NCBI GenBank assembly: GCA_000993685.1
Contig: LBWP01000018.1
Span: 1 to 60,701 of the forward strand
Reading direction: 5' to 3'
DNA length: 60,701 nucleotides
Origin: Candidatus Woesebacteria bacterium GW2011_GWA1_39_21
GTDB taxonomy: Bacteria; Patescibacteriota; Microgenomatia; UBA8517
Shown: positions 10,256 to 20,201 of the stretch, one piece after another
Layout of the letters: each line of letters starts with the position of its first letter
Position numbering within the stretch: position 1 is the first letter of the stretch
Translations under genes and position numbers: made by a program
The notes under the pieces: model-generated
What the model was told of the DNA's origin: nothing
The model's database searches: none
What the model saw: the letters and a program-made list of their open reading frames with translations, nothing else

Positions 10256-10285
10256 ATTCTTTAAAATCAGGTAACACCCGCTCTC

Positions 10286-11359
10286 TTATTGCCCTATCGA
10301 CCCCGTCAGCTCGTAGATCGGTGTAATAATTGATATCGCCACAAAACCAACTGCAATTCCCATAACAACCAGTAAAATCGGCTCCAGAATTGTTGCTAGA
10401 TTTTTACTTAGATCGTCAATTTCATCATCGTAAAAGCTACTCAGGTACAGCAAAACTTCATCCAGCTTCCCAGATTTTTCCCCAACCGAGATCATCTTTG
10501 AAACAATTACCGGGAACTCCCAATATTTTTTATTTTCCATGCTCGTTCCTATATATTTTCCCTTACTTAAAGTCTGGGCAATCTCGTCTAAATCTCTTTG
10601 AAATTTCAGGTTTGAAAGTGTTTCTGACGTCACCCCCAAACTTTTGACAATAGGGACGCCGCTTTTTATCAAGGTCCCAAAATTCCTCGTAAAGCGCGCG
10701 GACTGCGAGTAAGAAACCAATTGTCCAACAATTGGAAGCTTCAAAAGTATAATGTGCCAGGTATATTTAAATTTAGTCTTTTGCGTTACAAACCTAAAAA
10801 TCAAAATAAGCACAAAGATGGAGGCGAAAATTACAACCCCATCTTTCTGCATAACCCTGGCAATAAAAAGTAGAATTCGCGTTGTCACCGGGAGTTCGAC
10901 ATCAAAAGATTCAAAAAATTCAACCAGCCGGGGAAGAATAAAAATACTTAAAAAAGTTCCCAAAACGAGCATCGCAGTCATAATTATTGCCGGATATAAA
11001 AGAGCTGCCTTTACCTTTTTTCTCAATGAATTATCTTTGGAAAGCTGTGCCGCCAAGAAATCCAGATTATCTTCCAGTGTCCCAGATTCTTCCGAAATCT
11101 GAATCAAACTTATATAGAACTGATCAAAAATTCTCGGGTAAACTGAAAGCGCACTTGAAAGCGATTGTCCGTTCTCAATTTCCGCTAAAACGTGGCGGAG
11201 GACTTTTTTAAAGGTGGAGTTTTTTGTTTGCGCCATCAAAGTCTGGATAATTTCCGGAAGCGGAATTCCAGCCTTGTACATTGTCGAAAGATGTTTTGTA
11301 AAAAGGATTTTTTCCTGAAAAGGAATTGATGCCTTTTTATTTATGGCAGACTTTTTCAT
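10286..11359 (-). CDS. pilC: Type IV pilus/T2SS inner-membrane platform protein (PilC/GspF)
   Basis: Two T2SSF domains: LSTMYKAGIPL...EESGTL and GEKSGKLDEVL...LEPILL. Confidence 0.92.
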   Translation of the reverse strand: MKKSAINKKASIPFQEKILFTKHLSTMYKAGIPLPEIIQTLMAQTKNSTFKKVLRHVLAEIENGQSLSSALSVYPRIFDQFYISLIQISEESGTLEDNLDFLAAQLSKDNSLRKKVKAALLYPAIIMTAMLVLGTFLSIFILPRLVEFFESFDVELPVTTRILLFIARVMQKDGVVIFASIFVLILIFRFVTQKTKFKYTWHIILLKLPIVGQLVSYSQSARFTRNFGTLIKSGVPIVKSLGVTSETLSNLKFQRDLDEIAQTLSKGKYIGTSMENKKYWEFPVIVSKMISVGEKSGKLDEVLLYLSSFYDDEIDDLSKNLATILEPILLVVMGIAVGFVAISIITPIYELTGSIGQ

Positions 11360-11362
11360 AGC

Positions 11363-13096
11363 TTATTCTTTTGTCACTCTTAATATTTCGTCTAAAGTTG
11401 TAACCCCCTGTAACATTTTTTTAATACCGTCTTGAAACATTGTCGTCATTCCGTTTTTAACAGCGATGCTTTGGATAACCGATGCATCCTTTTTGTCAAC
11501 AATGGCCTGTTTAATCTCCTCGCCAACCAATAAAACTTCAAAGATTCCAACTCTACCCAAATATCCAGTTTGGTGACAAATATCACAACCTTTGCCTTTG
11601 TATACACGTAACTTGCCGTTTTTGAATTGATCTTTTAGGATCAACTTTAAATTATTGCCATGTTGCGAATCTCCATCGGCGCCCACACTCTCATTATCAA
11701 ACTCCTCAGAAATTCTACACTTTGCGCAAATTCTTCTGACCAGCCTTTGACCAATAATTACATTAACCGTTGAACTAACCAGAAACGGCTCGACACCCAA
11801 ATCCAAAAGTCTGGGGATTGAAGTTGCAGCATCATTTGTATGAAGTGTGGAAAGAACCAAATGTCCCGTCATTGCCGCATTAACAGAAATCCCCGCCGTC
11901 TCTTCGTCTCTTATTTCTCCAACCAACATAATGTCAGGGTCTTGCCGAACAAGGGAACGCAGTCCGTTAGCAAATGTTAAACCGGTTTTTTCATTGACCT
12001 GAATTTGACTGATGCCTTCAATTTCGTACTCGACAGGGTCCTCAATCGTCATAATATTGACTTCTCTTCGGTTGAGGATTTTCAGTATTGCGTACAGTGT
12101 TGTTGTTTTTCCTGAACCGGTTGGCCCCGTTGACAAAATCATTCCGTGAGGTTTTTTGTACGCGCTGGTGAGTTTTTCCAAATCTTTCTCGGAAAAACCC
12201 AAATCGGAAAGCGAATATTGTCGAGATTTTTCTGATAAAAGCCGCATAACGATTTTCTCCCCGTGCGTTGTCGGGACTATCGAAACACGGATGTCAATAT
12301 TCTCACTTTCCGTCTTAAAAGAAATCTTTCCATCCTGTGGAGCTTGGTGTTCGTCCGTCCGTAATTTTGCCAATACTTTGACCCTCGTTACAACCTGGTT
12401 ATGGACATCCTTCGGAAGCTCCATGATATCGTGCAAAATTCCATCAATACGAAATCGGATTAAAGATTTATCTTCATACGGTTCAATATGAATATCAGAC
12501 GCTTTGTTTTTGTAAGCATACGAGATTGTCGTTTCGACAATTTTTATAATCGAAAGGTCATCTTTCGTCTTTTTCGAAGCACTATTTACGCTGTCGTCAA
12601 GAATTGTATGGTATGCAGTCTTAATATCCTTTTCATAATTATTCAAAGCATCTTTGACGTCGTTTTCACCTGCATAATATATCACCACCGGAATACCAAC
12701 CTTTTTTTCAACAAAAGAGACAATCTGGTCGTTATCATAACTACTTGTAGCAAGATGAAGTCCAAACTTATCTTTTTTAAACGCAACTATGTTATTTTTC
12801 TTTGCAACGACTTCTGGAATGACATTCAAAACCTCTGGGGAAATAACTTGCTGGCTAAGTTTAACAAAAGGAACTGACAAGTTATCAGCAATAATTTTTC
12901 CAAGATTATCTTCAGAAATAACATTTTCACCAACTAAAGTTTTGACAAAATCGATGTTATTATTGAGACTTCTTTTGTAAAGGTCCTCAAGTATCTCTGG
13001 GGTCGCGATATCAAGTTCGAGTAAAGACTGTTTTAACTTTCCTGGACTTAGTTTCATACCTACATCAATAGTAGCAAGAAGCGTACCTTTTTCCAA
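11363..13096 (-). CDS. pilB: Type IV pilus assembly ATPase (PilB/GspE)
   Basis: ASDIHIEP, Walker A GPTGSGKTT, TIEDPVE, RQDPDIMLVGEIRD, TGHLVLSTLH, tetracysteine motif, GYLGRVGIFE. Confidence 0.95.
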   Translation of the reverse strand: MEKGTLLATIDVGMKLSPGKLKQSLLELDIATPEILEDLYKRSLNNNIDFVKTLVGENVISEDNLGKIIADNLSVPFVKLSQQVISPEVLNVIPEVVAKKNNIVAFKKDKFGLHLATSSYDNDQIVSFVEKKVGIPVVIYYAGENDVKDALNNYEKDIKTAYHTILDDSVNSASKKTKDDLSIIKIVETTISYAYKNKASDIHIEPYEDKSLIRFRIDGILHDIMELPKDVHNQVVTRVKVLAKLRTDEHQAPQDGKISFKTESENIDIRVSIVPTTHGEKIVMRLLSEKSRQYSLSDLGFSEKDLEKLTSAYKKPHGMILSTGPTGSGKTTTLYAILKILNRREVNIMTIEDPVEYEIEGISQIQVNEKTGLTFANGLRSLVRQDPDIMLVGEIRDEETAGISVNAAMTGHLVLSTLHTNDAATSIPRLLDLGVEPFLVSSTVNVIIGQRLVRRICAKCRISEEFDNESVGADGDSQHGNNLKLILKDQFKNGKLRVYKGKGCDICHQTGYLGRVGIFEVLLVGEEIKQAIVDKKDASVIQSIAVKNGMTTMFQDGIKKMLQGVTTLDEILRVTKE

Positions 13097-13100
13097 GAAG

Positions 13101-13487
13101 TCATTTACCTTGCGCGTTTTTCTTTAAAAGAAGTGCTTTGATTTTTTCACCTAAAACTTTCATTGAAAGATCTGTTTTTACAATGTAATCATCGGCACCA
13201 AGTTTTGTAACTCTGACTATGTCTTCGCTTTGGCTTAAATTGGACGAAACAAGAACGGGAACATTTTTCCAGCGTTCGCTTTTCTTCAAATAATCGAGGA
13301 TCATAAAGCCATCGGTTTTGGGCATGATCAAATCCAAAACTATAATGTCGGGATCAAACTTCTCGATGTTTGCAACAAGTTCATCACCATCGGCAACACT
13401 TAGGACTTCATAACCTTCACGCGTCAGCTTTACTTTATAAGCGTTTGCAAGTAATTTATCGTCTTCAGCAACAAGAATTTTAGTCAT
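13101..13487 (-). CDS. Single-domain response regulator (receiver)
   Basis: ILVAEDD, IVLDLIMPKTDG phospho-Asp, YIVK. Confidence 0.92.
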   Translation of the reverse strand: MTKILVAEDDKLLANAYKVKLTREGYEVLSVADGDELVANIEKFDPDIIVLDLIMPKTDGFMILDYLKKSERWKNVPVLVSSNLSQSEDIVRVTKLGADDYIVKTDLSMKVLGEKIKALLLKKNAQGK

Positions 13488-13528
13488 ACAAAACCTGTGT
13501 AAATTTTGCTATCAAACGATAGGCAAAA

Positions 13529-13897
13529 CTACATTCCTATCGTTTCTTTTATCTTCTGGATTACATCATCCAAACTCCAGTTAGTTTTCACCAAATAGTC
13601 ATAAGCTCCCCGTTCTTTGCTTTCGTGGATCTTTTCCGCGTCATCCAAGTTAGAAAGTATTATTACAGGAGCCTTAGTCCCCTCGGCCAAATTATACTTT
13701 TCCAAAAGTGTAATTCCATCCATCTTTGGTAAGATGATATCCAAAAGTATCAGATCAAAATTGTCCTTAAGCGCCAGATCCAGCCCGGATTCTCCATCGG
13801 TTGCAGATACAACATCGTAACCGCTATCTTGAAGCTTTTTTGTCAGTACCGACAAAATCATTTGTTCATCTTCAACGATTAATATTTTTTTGTTCAT
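13529..13897 (-). CDS. Single-domain response regulator (receiver)
   Basis: ILIVEDE, ILLDIILPKMDG, YLVK. Confidence 0.92.
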   Translation of the reverse strand: MNKKILIVEDEQMILSVLTKKLQDSGYDVVSATDGESGLDLALKDNFDLILLDIILPKMDGITLLEKYNLAEGTKAPVIILSNLDDAEKIHESKERGAYDYLVKTNWSLDDVIQKIKETIGM

Positions 13898-13946
13898 CTT
13901 AGTTTTCTAGTCAAAGACATTTACGATTAATTTAAAATACGACACC

Positions 13947-14357
13947 TTAAGTTTTCGCCGCGCTTTCTTGCGGGGCAACCAAATACGATTTTATTATTTT
14001 TGTAATTTCATCCAATCGGTAATCGGCTTTGAGGATGTGTCTTTTAACACCCCTCTTAAGCAGGGCTTGTACTTTTTGATCGCTCGCGGAATTAGAGACA
14101 ACAATCACGGGAATATTTTTCCATTTTTCATTCTGGTTGATAATATCCATAAAAGCCAAACCTGTCGTGTCGGTTAAATAATAATCTAGCCATATTAAAT
14201 CCGGCAAATCCCCCATCGTTTTCAAATAATCAACAGCTTGACTCACCTTAGTACACAAAAGAACTTCAAACCCTTCCCGCTGAAGCTTTTTTCCAATAGC
14301 CTGTAGAAGCAGAGCCTCATCTTCGATAACCATGATTAAATTGTTCAATTGGCTCAT
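13947..14357 (-). CDS. Single-domain response regulator (receiver)
   Basis: IMVIEDE, IWLDYYL, HILK. Confidence 0.88.
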   Translation of the reverse strand: MSQLNNLIMVIEDEALLLQAIGKKLQREGFEVLLCTKVSQAVDYLKTMGDLPDLIWLDYYLTDTTGLAFMDIINQNEKWKNIPVIVVSNSASDQKVQALLKRGVKRHILKADYRLDEITKIIKSYLVAPQESAAKT

Positions 14358-14421
14358 GAGTTTATTTTATCATAAGTTCAAGAGAACCACGCATTTGTGC
14401 GTGGTATTACGAAAAGTGAAA

Positions 14422-14558
14422 ATGACATCCTCCCCGCCTTAAAAGGCGGGGTTTCCCCAAGGAGGATGACATATAAGCAAAGCTTAAGATTTTATCAAAA
14501 GCAAAGCTTAACTCTGTTTGCACATTTTCAGAGTTCAATCCTGCCCGCTAGCTTGCGC
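14422..14558 (-). mobile_element. IS200/IS605-type mini-element family B, right-end portion
   Basis: Reverse complement of 20029-20201 without the 35 bp duplication; hairpin CCCCGCC-TTTTAA-GGCGGGG followed by AGGATGTCAT. Confidence 0.75.
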
Positions 14559-14656
14559 AAACTACCACGGGCTAAAGCCCATGGTATTTTGTCTACAAGA
14601 TTGGATTCTTGCTTCATCCACGGACTTAAGTCCGTGGTTTTCGCAGATAAATTCAA
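14559..14656 (-). mobile_element. IS200/IS605-type mini-element (PATE-like) family A, copy 1
   Basis: Near-identical to 41718, 44344 and 54965; two hairpins (CCACGGGC/GCCCATGG and CCACGGAC/GTCCGTGG); no ORF. Confidence 0.8.
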
Positions 14657-14675
14657 ATAAAAAAATCAAACGGCA

Positions 14676-16184
14676 CTAGCTGATCGACACTTCGCCTACC
14701 TTTGCGGGAGTCCCGGTAGCAGGCAGTGTAAACCAAAATACCGTGCCCTTTTGAACATCGCTATCAAACCAGATCTTTCCGCCGGAAGACTCAACGATCG
14801 CTTTTGCCAAATATAGTCCAAGTCCGGTTCCGTCTGTTTCTATTTTTATAATATTACTGCTTCTGAAAAACTTCTCGAAAATTCTCTCTTTTTGATCTTC
14901 AGGTATCCCAAGTCCATTATCAGACACTTGAGAAACAATCTCATCTGCCCTTTTGGAAATCATCACCATAATTTCTCCATTGTTTTTTGTGTATTTTATT
15001 GAGTTAGTTAAGAGGTTCATATAAACATTTCTGATTAATCTTGGGTCGACGTTAATCAGAGGCAAATCTTCGTGGATTGATATCACAACACTGTGACCCT
15101 TCTCTTTTATTTTCGGTGTCAACTCAAAAACCACATCTTCAACCAGCTTCCTTAAATCGGTTGGTTTGGGGTCAATAATAATTCTTCCAGATTCGATCCG
15201 GGAAATATTCAAAAGCGAATTAACCAAATCAATCATCCTTTGGTTTGATTTGTAAATGTTGTTAATCAGATCTACTTGTTCTTTGGTTAACGATTGTTGA
15301 TCATCGAGTAAAAGTTCCGCAAACCACTTCGTCGCCGAAAGTGGGGTTCGAAGCTGATGTGACGCCAAAGAAATAAATTCCGTCTTCATTTTATCAACCT
15401 CTTTTTCCTTGGTAATGTCACGAAAAACATTAACACCTCCGACAACCAGGTCATGGGCAATAAGCGGTGTGGCCGTGATAGAAACCGGAATTAATCTCCC
15501 GCCCTTGCTTTTGTACAAATTAGAATTCTCATAAATTCTTCTTTTGGAAAAGAGTGCTAGTCTGATCGGCCTTTCGCTAATATCCATCTCCTGGTTGTTC
15601 TTTCCAATCATGGTGATTTTTTTCCATAAAAAATCACCCATCAATTCCTCTTCGCTAAAGCCCAAAATGTTCACTGCCTGCTGGTTAACGTAAATCACTT
15701 CACCTTTATCGTTGACACTAATCACTCCATCGCCAATACTTTGTAAAATCTCCTTTGAACGAATCCTATCTTCTTCAAGTTTTCTGATTTCTTCATTCTT
15801 TTCCGACTTTTTAATTTTTTCTTCGGTGTAATCTCGACCAATCAAAACAATTTTGTCCTGATAGCTAAAAAGCTTCAGATTGAGATATTTTTCGGCGCCA
15901 TTTTGCGCCTTCATAACCAGGTCAATTTTAAACGATTCACCCGCCTGCGGCTTTCCAATTAACGAGAGCTTTTCGAAATTTTGCTGGTTGAGAAAAATCT
16001 TAAAACTTTTTTTTGTAATCGAATTCACATCGCTACTTGCTAGATTACAAAACGAGGCGTTGACAAAAACAATGTTTAACTTGGGATCCAACACAACAAC
16101 AACGTCGGTGATATTATCAACGTAAAATTTTAAAAACTTTCTATTGAAGGCGGACTCATCTAAAAACAAAGAGTTGATACTCAT
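14676..16184 (-). CDS. Cytoplasmic PAS-PAS sensor histidine kinase
   Basis: Two PAS-like segments, H-box ASHQLRTPL, N-box NLLTNSIKY, DNGLGIP, GTGLGLYL; no TM helix. Start placed at MSINSLF. Confidence 0.92.
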   Translation of the reverse strand: MSINSLFLDESAFNRKFLKFYVDNITDVVVVLDPKLNIVFVNASFCNLASSDVNSITKKSFKIFLNQQNFEKLSLIGKPQAGESFKIDLVMKAQNGAEKYLNLKLFSYQDKIVLIGRDYTEEKIKKSEKNEEIRKLEEDRIRSKEILQSIGDGVISVNDKGEVIYVNQQAVNILGFSEEELMGDFLWKKITMIGKNNQEMDISERPIRLALFSKRRIYENSNLYKSKGGRLIPVSITATPLIAHDLVVGGVNVFRDITKEKEVDKMKTEFISLASHQLRTPLSATKWFAELLLDDQQSLTKEQVDLINNIYKSNQRMIDLVNSLLNISRIESGRIIIDPKPTDLRKLVEDVVFELTPKIKEKGHSVVISIHEDLPLINVDPRLIRNVYMNLLTNSIKYTKNNGEIMVMISKRADEIVSQVSDNGLGIPEDQKERIFEKFFRSSNIIKIETDGTGLGLYLAKAIVESSGGKIWFDSDVQKGTVFWFTLPATGTPAKVGEVSIS

Positions 16185-16251
16185 AGGGCAGCTGTCTTTA
16201 AGTGTACATAGACGTGCCAACCACGTCCAGATGTTTTTGTGAGTTTAGATA

Positions 16252-16632
16252 TTGGAAATAAATAACAATTATGTAAAATTATCCTTAAAGATGGTCAGAT
16301 ACAAAGAATACGTCAAAAAAATGCTCGATGAAAACGAGTCTTTGTTTGAACAATTTCGGACTGTCCACGATAAATACGCCCGGGACGACGTTAAGTATCA
16401 AGCACAATTAAACCAAATCGGCGAAAAAGTGCTTGAGGTTGTTAAGGAATACGAAAATCGAGTTTGCGCAAATACCGAACGTAGTTATTCGCAATATTCG
16501 GCAAATTTGGCTGAAAAATTCCAAAACGAAATCCGACGAGTTTTTCCGATGTTTGATTTTATCGGTGTCAAAATTAAAACGGTGCGTTCAGCCCCAAATG
16601 TTTCACCATTCAAACTGAAAAAACTTCTTTAA
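16252..16632 (+). CDS. Hypothetical protein
   Basis: 126 aa helical ORF filling the gap between the kinase and the MFS gene. Confidence 0.65.
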   Translation: MEINNNYVKLSLKMVRYKEYVKKMLDENESLFEQFRTVHDKYARDDVKYQAQLNQIGEKVLEVVKEYENRVCANTERSYSQYSANLAEKFQNEIRRVFPMFDFIGVKIKTVRSAPNVSPFKLKKLL

Positions 16633-16711
16633 CTTAGAAACTCAATTTTCAATTTCAAAAAATAGATGACCTCAGTTTAACTAAACATCATTCCTGTATA
16701 TAATTATTTCA

Positions 16712-17908
16712 ATGACCAAGGTGAAATTTAGAAGTTATTTTTCAGGGCTCACCAAAGACAGCTATTATCTTGCCTTAACTTCACTTTTTTCCGATATTTC
16801 CTACGAAATTTTGTATCCGGTACTTCCTATTTTTCTGACGCAGGTTTTAAAGGGCAGCGGAAGCATTGTCGGTTTTATTGACGGAGTTGCACAAGCTTCG
16901 CAAAACATTATCCAGGGATTTTCGGGAACAATTTCTGATAAATTAAATAAAAGAAAACCTGTGGCTATCATCGGTTATTCTTTAAGCGCTTTAAGTAAAC
17001 CATTCATCGGACTTTCAACAGTTTGGCAGCAGGTTTTGGGAGCCAGGTTTTTAGACCGCGTCGGCGCCGGAACACGTTCCGCTCCGCGCGACGCATTAAT
17101 TGCTGCATCTGCCGGCGAGGAAAACAGAGGCAAAGCTTTCGGGATTGAAGGCATCGGAGACAATTTAGGCGCTTTTTTGGGACCGATATTGGGAGTAATT
17201 CTTCTCTATTCATTTAACCTGCAAATCCGTCAGATTTTTTACGTTGCATTCGTCCCGGGACTTTTATCTGTTGTCATGATACTTTTGGTAAAAGAAAAAG
17301 CTGTAGTGGAAAAGAAGAAAACCGAACTGAAGTTGTCACCTAAAAACTTCAGCAATAATTTTTGGAAATATATCGCCGTAACCGCAATTTTCGGGCTGGG
17401 AAACTCCAGCAACGCATTTTTAATTTTGCAGACAAAAGACATCGGTGTAAGCCTTGAAACAACAATAATTATTTATGCCTTTTTCAATCTGGTTGCAGCT
17501 CTGGTGTCATACCCATCAGGCTATTTGTCAGACAAATTCGGACGTAAAAAAATCCTTCTTTTTTCATTCTTAATCTTTATTGCAAGCTACTTGGGTTTTT
17601 CTGTCAGCAAAAATGTTTTCCTGATCGGATTTTTATTTATCCTCTATGGCATTTACCAGGGAATATTTCGGTCTGTCGGAAAGGCATTTGCAACCGACTT
17701 TGTTTCGCCAGATCTAAGAGCAAGCGGTATTGGATGGTATTCAGCAACCATCGGTCTTACAGGACTTATCGCAAGTATTGTCGCTGGCGAGCTTTGGGAC
17801 CGCGTTGGGCATCCGTCAGTCTTTGTTTTCGGAACTGTATTTGCAATTCTTGGGACACTTGCGTTTGTCGCTTTGGTTCCTCAGAAAAGTAATCCACGGG
17901 TTAATTAA
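16712..17908 (+). CDS. MFS transporter
   Basis: About 12 TM helices; GTISDKLNKRK and GYLSDKFGRKK MFS loop motifs. Confidence 0.9.
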   Translation: MTKVKFRSYFSGLTKDSYYLALTSLFSDISYEILYPVLPIFLTQVLKGSGSIVGFIDGVAQASQNIIQGFSGTISDKLNKRKPVAIIGYSLSALSKPFIGLSTVWQQVLGARFLDRVGAGTRSAPRDALIAASAGEENRGKAFGIEGIGDNLGAFLGPILGVILLYSFNLQIRQIFYVAFVPGLLSVVMILLVKEKAVVEKKKTELKLSPKNFSNNFWKYIAVTAIFGLGNSSNAFLILQTKDIGVSLETTIIIYAFFNLVAALVSYPSGYLSDKFGRKKILLFSFLIFIASYLGFSVSKNVFLIGFLFILYGIYQGIFRSVGKAFATDFVSPDLRASGIGWYSATIGLTGLIASIVAGELWDRVGHPSVFVFGTVFAILGTLAFVALVPQKSNPRVN

Positions 17909-18067
17909 TATTTACTCTTAAATTCAGCTAAGCGAATTTATTTTATTGATATAAACAAGTTTTTCATTGGTTTGCTATACGTTTAGCTGAGACTTGGGTC
18001 TTTGCCAACTTCATGATAAAATAAATCACCGCTTGATATAACCCTGTGGTTTTTATGTCTAAAAAAT

Positions 18068-18173
18068 ATGATATCCTCCACAGACTTAAGTCCGTGGTTT
18101 CCCTTGAGGGAGGATGACATATCAAGTTCAATTTCTCCGTCGAGTCAGACTCGACGGTTTCCTTGAAATTGCT
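18068..18173 (-). mobile_element. IS200/IS605-type mini-element variant C
   Basis: Hairpin CCGTCGAGTC/GACTCGACGG (18137-18157) plus a family-B-like right end ATGTCATCCTCC...CCACGGAC-TTAA-GTCTGTGG-AGGATATCAT. Confidence 0.6.
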
Positions 18174-18218
18174 ATAGAAATTTAAAAAATTTATACATCG
18201 ATTTCGTCAGAAATTGCT

Positions 18219-19949
18219 ATGGGAAAAATATTAAAAACATTTTATAAATTCTTTTTCAAAAAGAGAGCTTGGGCTATCTTTTTTATAGGTTTAATATTTG
18301 TTTCTCCCGCCATCGAAAGTTTTTCTCCGTATTTTTACAAGTTATTTGTTGATGCTATCCCCTCATATGACACCAATCTCATCATGAGAATTCTTATTAC
18401 CTACCTTGCAATCAGGATCATTGCTACGATCATTGATATTGTAAAGATGCAGGTCGGAGACATATTATCTGTTGATGCGGGAGCGGAAACTATGTCTTCA
18501 ATATTCTCCCATGTTCATAAACTTGATTTTGCATTCCATAGCTCAAAATCATCCGGATCTTTAATCAGTGCTTTTAAAAGGGGTGACGGCGCGTTTTGGA
18601 ATTTTTATTTTGCAATACACTTCCGAATTGTTGATGTATTAGTCCGATTCATTGTACTCCTCTACTTTTTTAAGAATCTGAACACTCAGATATTCTTAAT
18701 GATTCTTGTCACCTTCGCTTTGACTTCAACCATAACCGCAGTGTTTGTGAAATACAACATAAGGGCCCGAAAAAAAGTCAACGAATACGAAGACGATATT
18801 TCAGGCGTTATTGTTGATAACATGATCAACTTCGAAACCGTAAAACTTTTTTCAAAGGAAAAATGGGAACAAAACAGGCTGGAAAACATTCAATCGTTCT
18901 GGAGAAAAGCTGTCTGGAAATACATCTACACCTGGAGAGGTTTTGATCTTGCGATGGGAATCGTAATGAACGCAAGTATCTTCTTAATCTTAGTTTACTC
19001 GCTCAAAATGACGATGAATAAAACATTTACAATCGGTGATTTCGTTCTTGTTACAAGTTTTTTACAAAGTTTCTATTCACACTTATTTGATCTTGTTTTC
19101 GGACTCCGAGACATCGCAAAAAGCTATGCTGACATTCATAAGTATTTCAGCATTTTGGATAATAAAGTTCAGATTACAGACCCGGAAAATCCAAAAGTTA
19201 TAAAAAGTGTTAAGGGAGAAATTGAATTTAAAAACGTTAATTTTGCCTATGACAAACATTCAAACAAAGCCCTGAAAAATATTAAATTGAAAATCCGTCA
19301 GGGACAATCAATTGCCTTGGTTGGACGGTCCGGAGCGGGTAAAACATCGTTTATAAAGTTACTGCTTCGTTTTTTTGATCCTGATTCAGGAAATATCATC
19401 ATCGACGGACTAAATCTTAAGAAGATGACAAAAACGTATCTCCGAAGTTTATTCGGAGTTGTACCGCAGGAGCCGATCCTTTTTAACAGCACAATTTTAT
19501 ACAACATAAAATACGGAAAACCAAAGGCTACAAAAGCAGAAATAACCGCAGCTTCAAAAATGGCTAACATTTACGATTTTATTGAAAGTCTTCCGGAAAA
19601 ATACGAAACACAAGTCGGAGAACGCGGTATAAAACTTTCGGGTGGACAAAAACAAAGATTGGCGATCGCCAGAATGATTCTCTCCGACCCCAAAATAATT
19701 ATCTTTGACGAAGCAACATCACAGCTTGATTCTGAATCGGAAAAGTTGATTCAGGAAGCTTTTTGGAAAGCATCAAACGGAAAAACTGTAATTATCATTG
19801 CGCACCGCCTCTCAACAATTCAGAGAGCCGACAAAATAGTCGTTTTAGAAAGAGGTAGAATCGTTGAGGAAGGGTCGCACCAGGAGCTTTTACTTCGAGA
19901 CAAAAGTCTCTACTCTCATTTCTGGGAGCTGCAGGTAAAACGTGAGTAA
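18219..19949 (+). CDS. ABC exporter, fused TMD-NBD (MdlB/ATM1-like)
   Basis: 6 TM N-terminus; GRSGAGKT, LSGGQKQR, IIFDEATS, IAHRLST. Confidence 0.93.
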   Translation: MGKILKTFYKFFFKKRAWAIFFIGLIFVSPAIESFSPYFYKLFVDAIPSYDTNLIMRILITYLAIRIIATIIDIVKMQVGDILSVDAGAETMSSIFSHVHKLDFAFHSSKSSGSLISAFKRGDGAFWNFYFAIHFRIVDVLVRFIVLLYFFKNLNTQIFLMILVTFALTSTITAVFVKYNIRARKKVNEYEDDISGVIVDNMINFETVKLFSKEKWEQNRLENIQSFWRKAVWKYIYTWRGFDLAMGIVMNASIFLILVYSLKMTMNKTFTIGDFVLVTSFLQSFYSHLFDLVFGLRDIAKSYADIHKYFSILDNKVQITDPENPKVIKSVKGEIEFKNVNFAYDKHSNKALKNIKLKIRQGQSIALVGRSGAGKTSFIKLLLRFFDPDSGNIIIDGLNLKKMTKTYLRSLFGVVPQEPILFNSTILYNIKYGKPKATKAEITAASKMANIYDFIESLPEKYETQVGERGIKLSGGQKQRLAIARMILSDPKIIIFDEATSQLDSESEKLIQEAFWKASNGKTVIIIAHRLSTIQRADKIVVLERGRIVEEGSHQELLLRDKSLYSHFWELQVKRE

Positions 19950-19972
19950 AAAAATTGTCAGTTAATGGTTAT

Positions 19973-20201
19973 AACAGCGTTCAAGAAAACCCCACCCTTC
20001 AGGGTGGGGATGACCCGCCTGCTTAGCTTGCGCAAGCTAGCGGGCAGGATTGAACTCTGAAAATGTGCAAACAGAGTTAAGCTTTGCTTTTGATAAAATC
20101 TTAAGCTTTGCTTAAGCTTTGCTTTTGATAAAATCTTAAGCTTTGCTTATATGTCATCCTTCTTGGGGATACCCCGCCTTTAAAGGCGGGGAGGATGTCA
20201 T
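19973..20201 (+). mobile_element. IS200/IS605-type mini-element family B, full copy with an internal 35 bp tandem duplication
   Basis: TTAT target, left hairpin CCCCACCC-TTCA-GGGTGGGG, right hairpin CCCCGCC-TTTAAA-GGCGGGG-AGGATGTCAT; 20077-20111 repeated at 20112-20146. Confidence 0.78.

Noticed and set aside
14397-14660. 87 aa ORF here and the related 65 aa ORF at 20101-20298
   Set aside because: Both are translations of the palindromic mini-elements, with no TnpA, TnpB or IscB motifs.
20077-20146. 35 bp tandem repeat considered as a mini-CRISPR
   Set aside because: Two adjacent units with no spacer; a simple duplication inside element B, possibly an assembly artefact.
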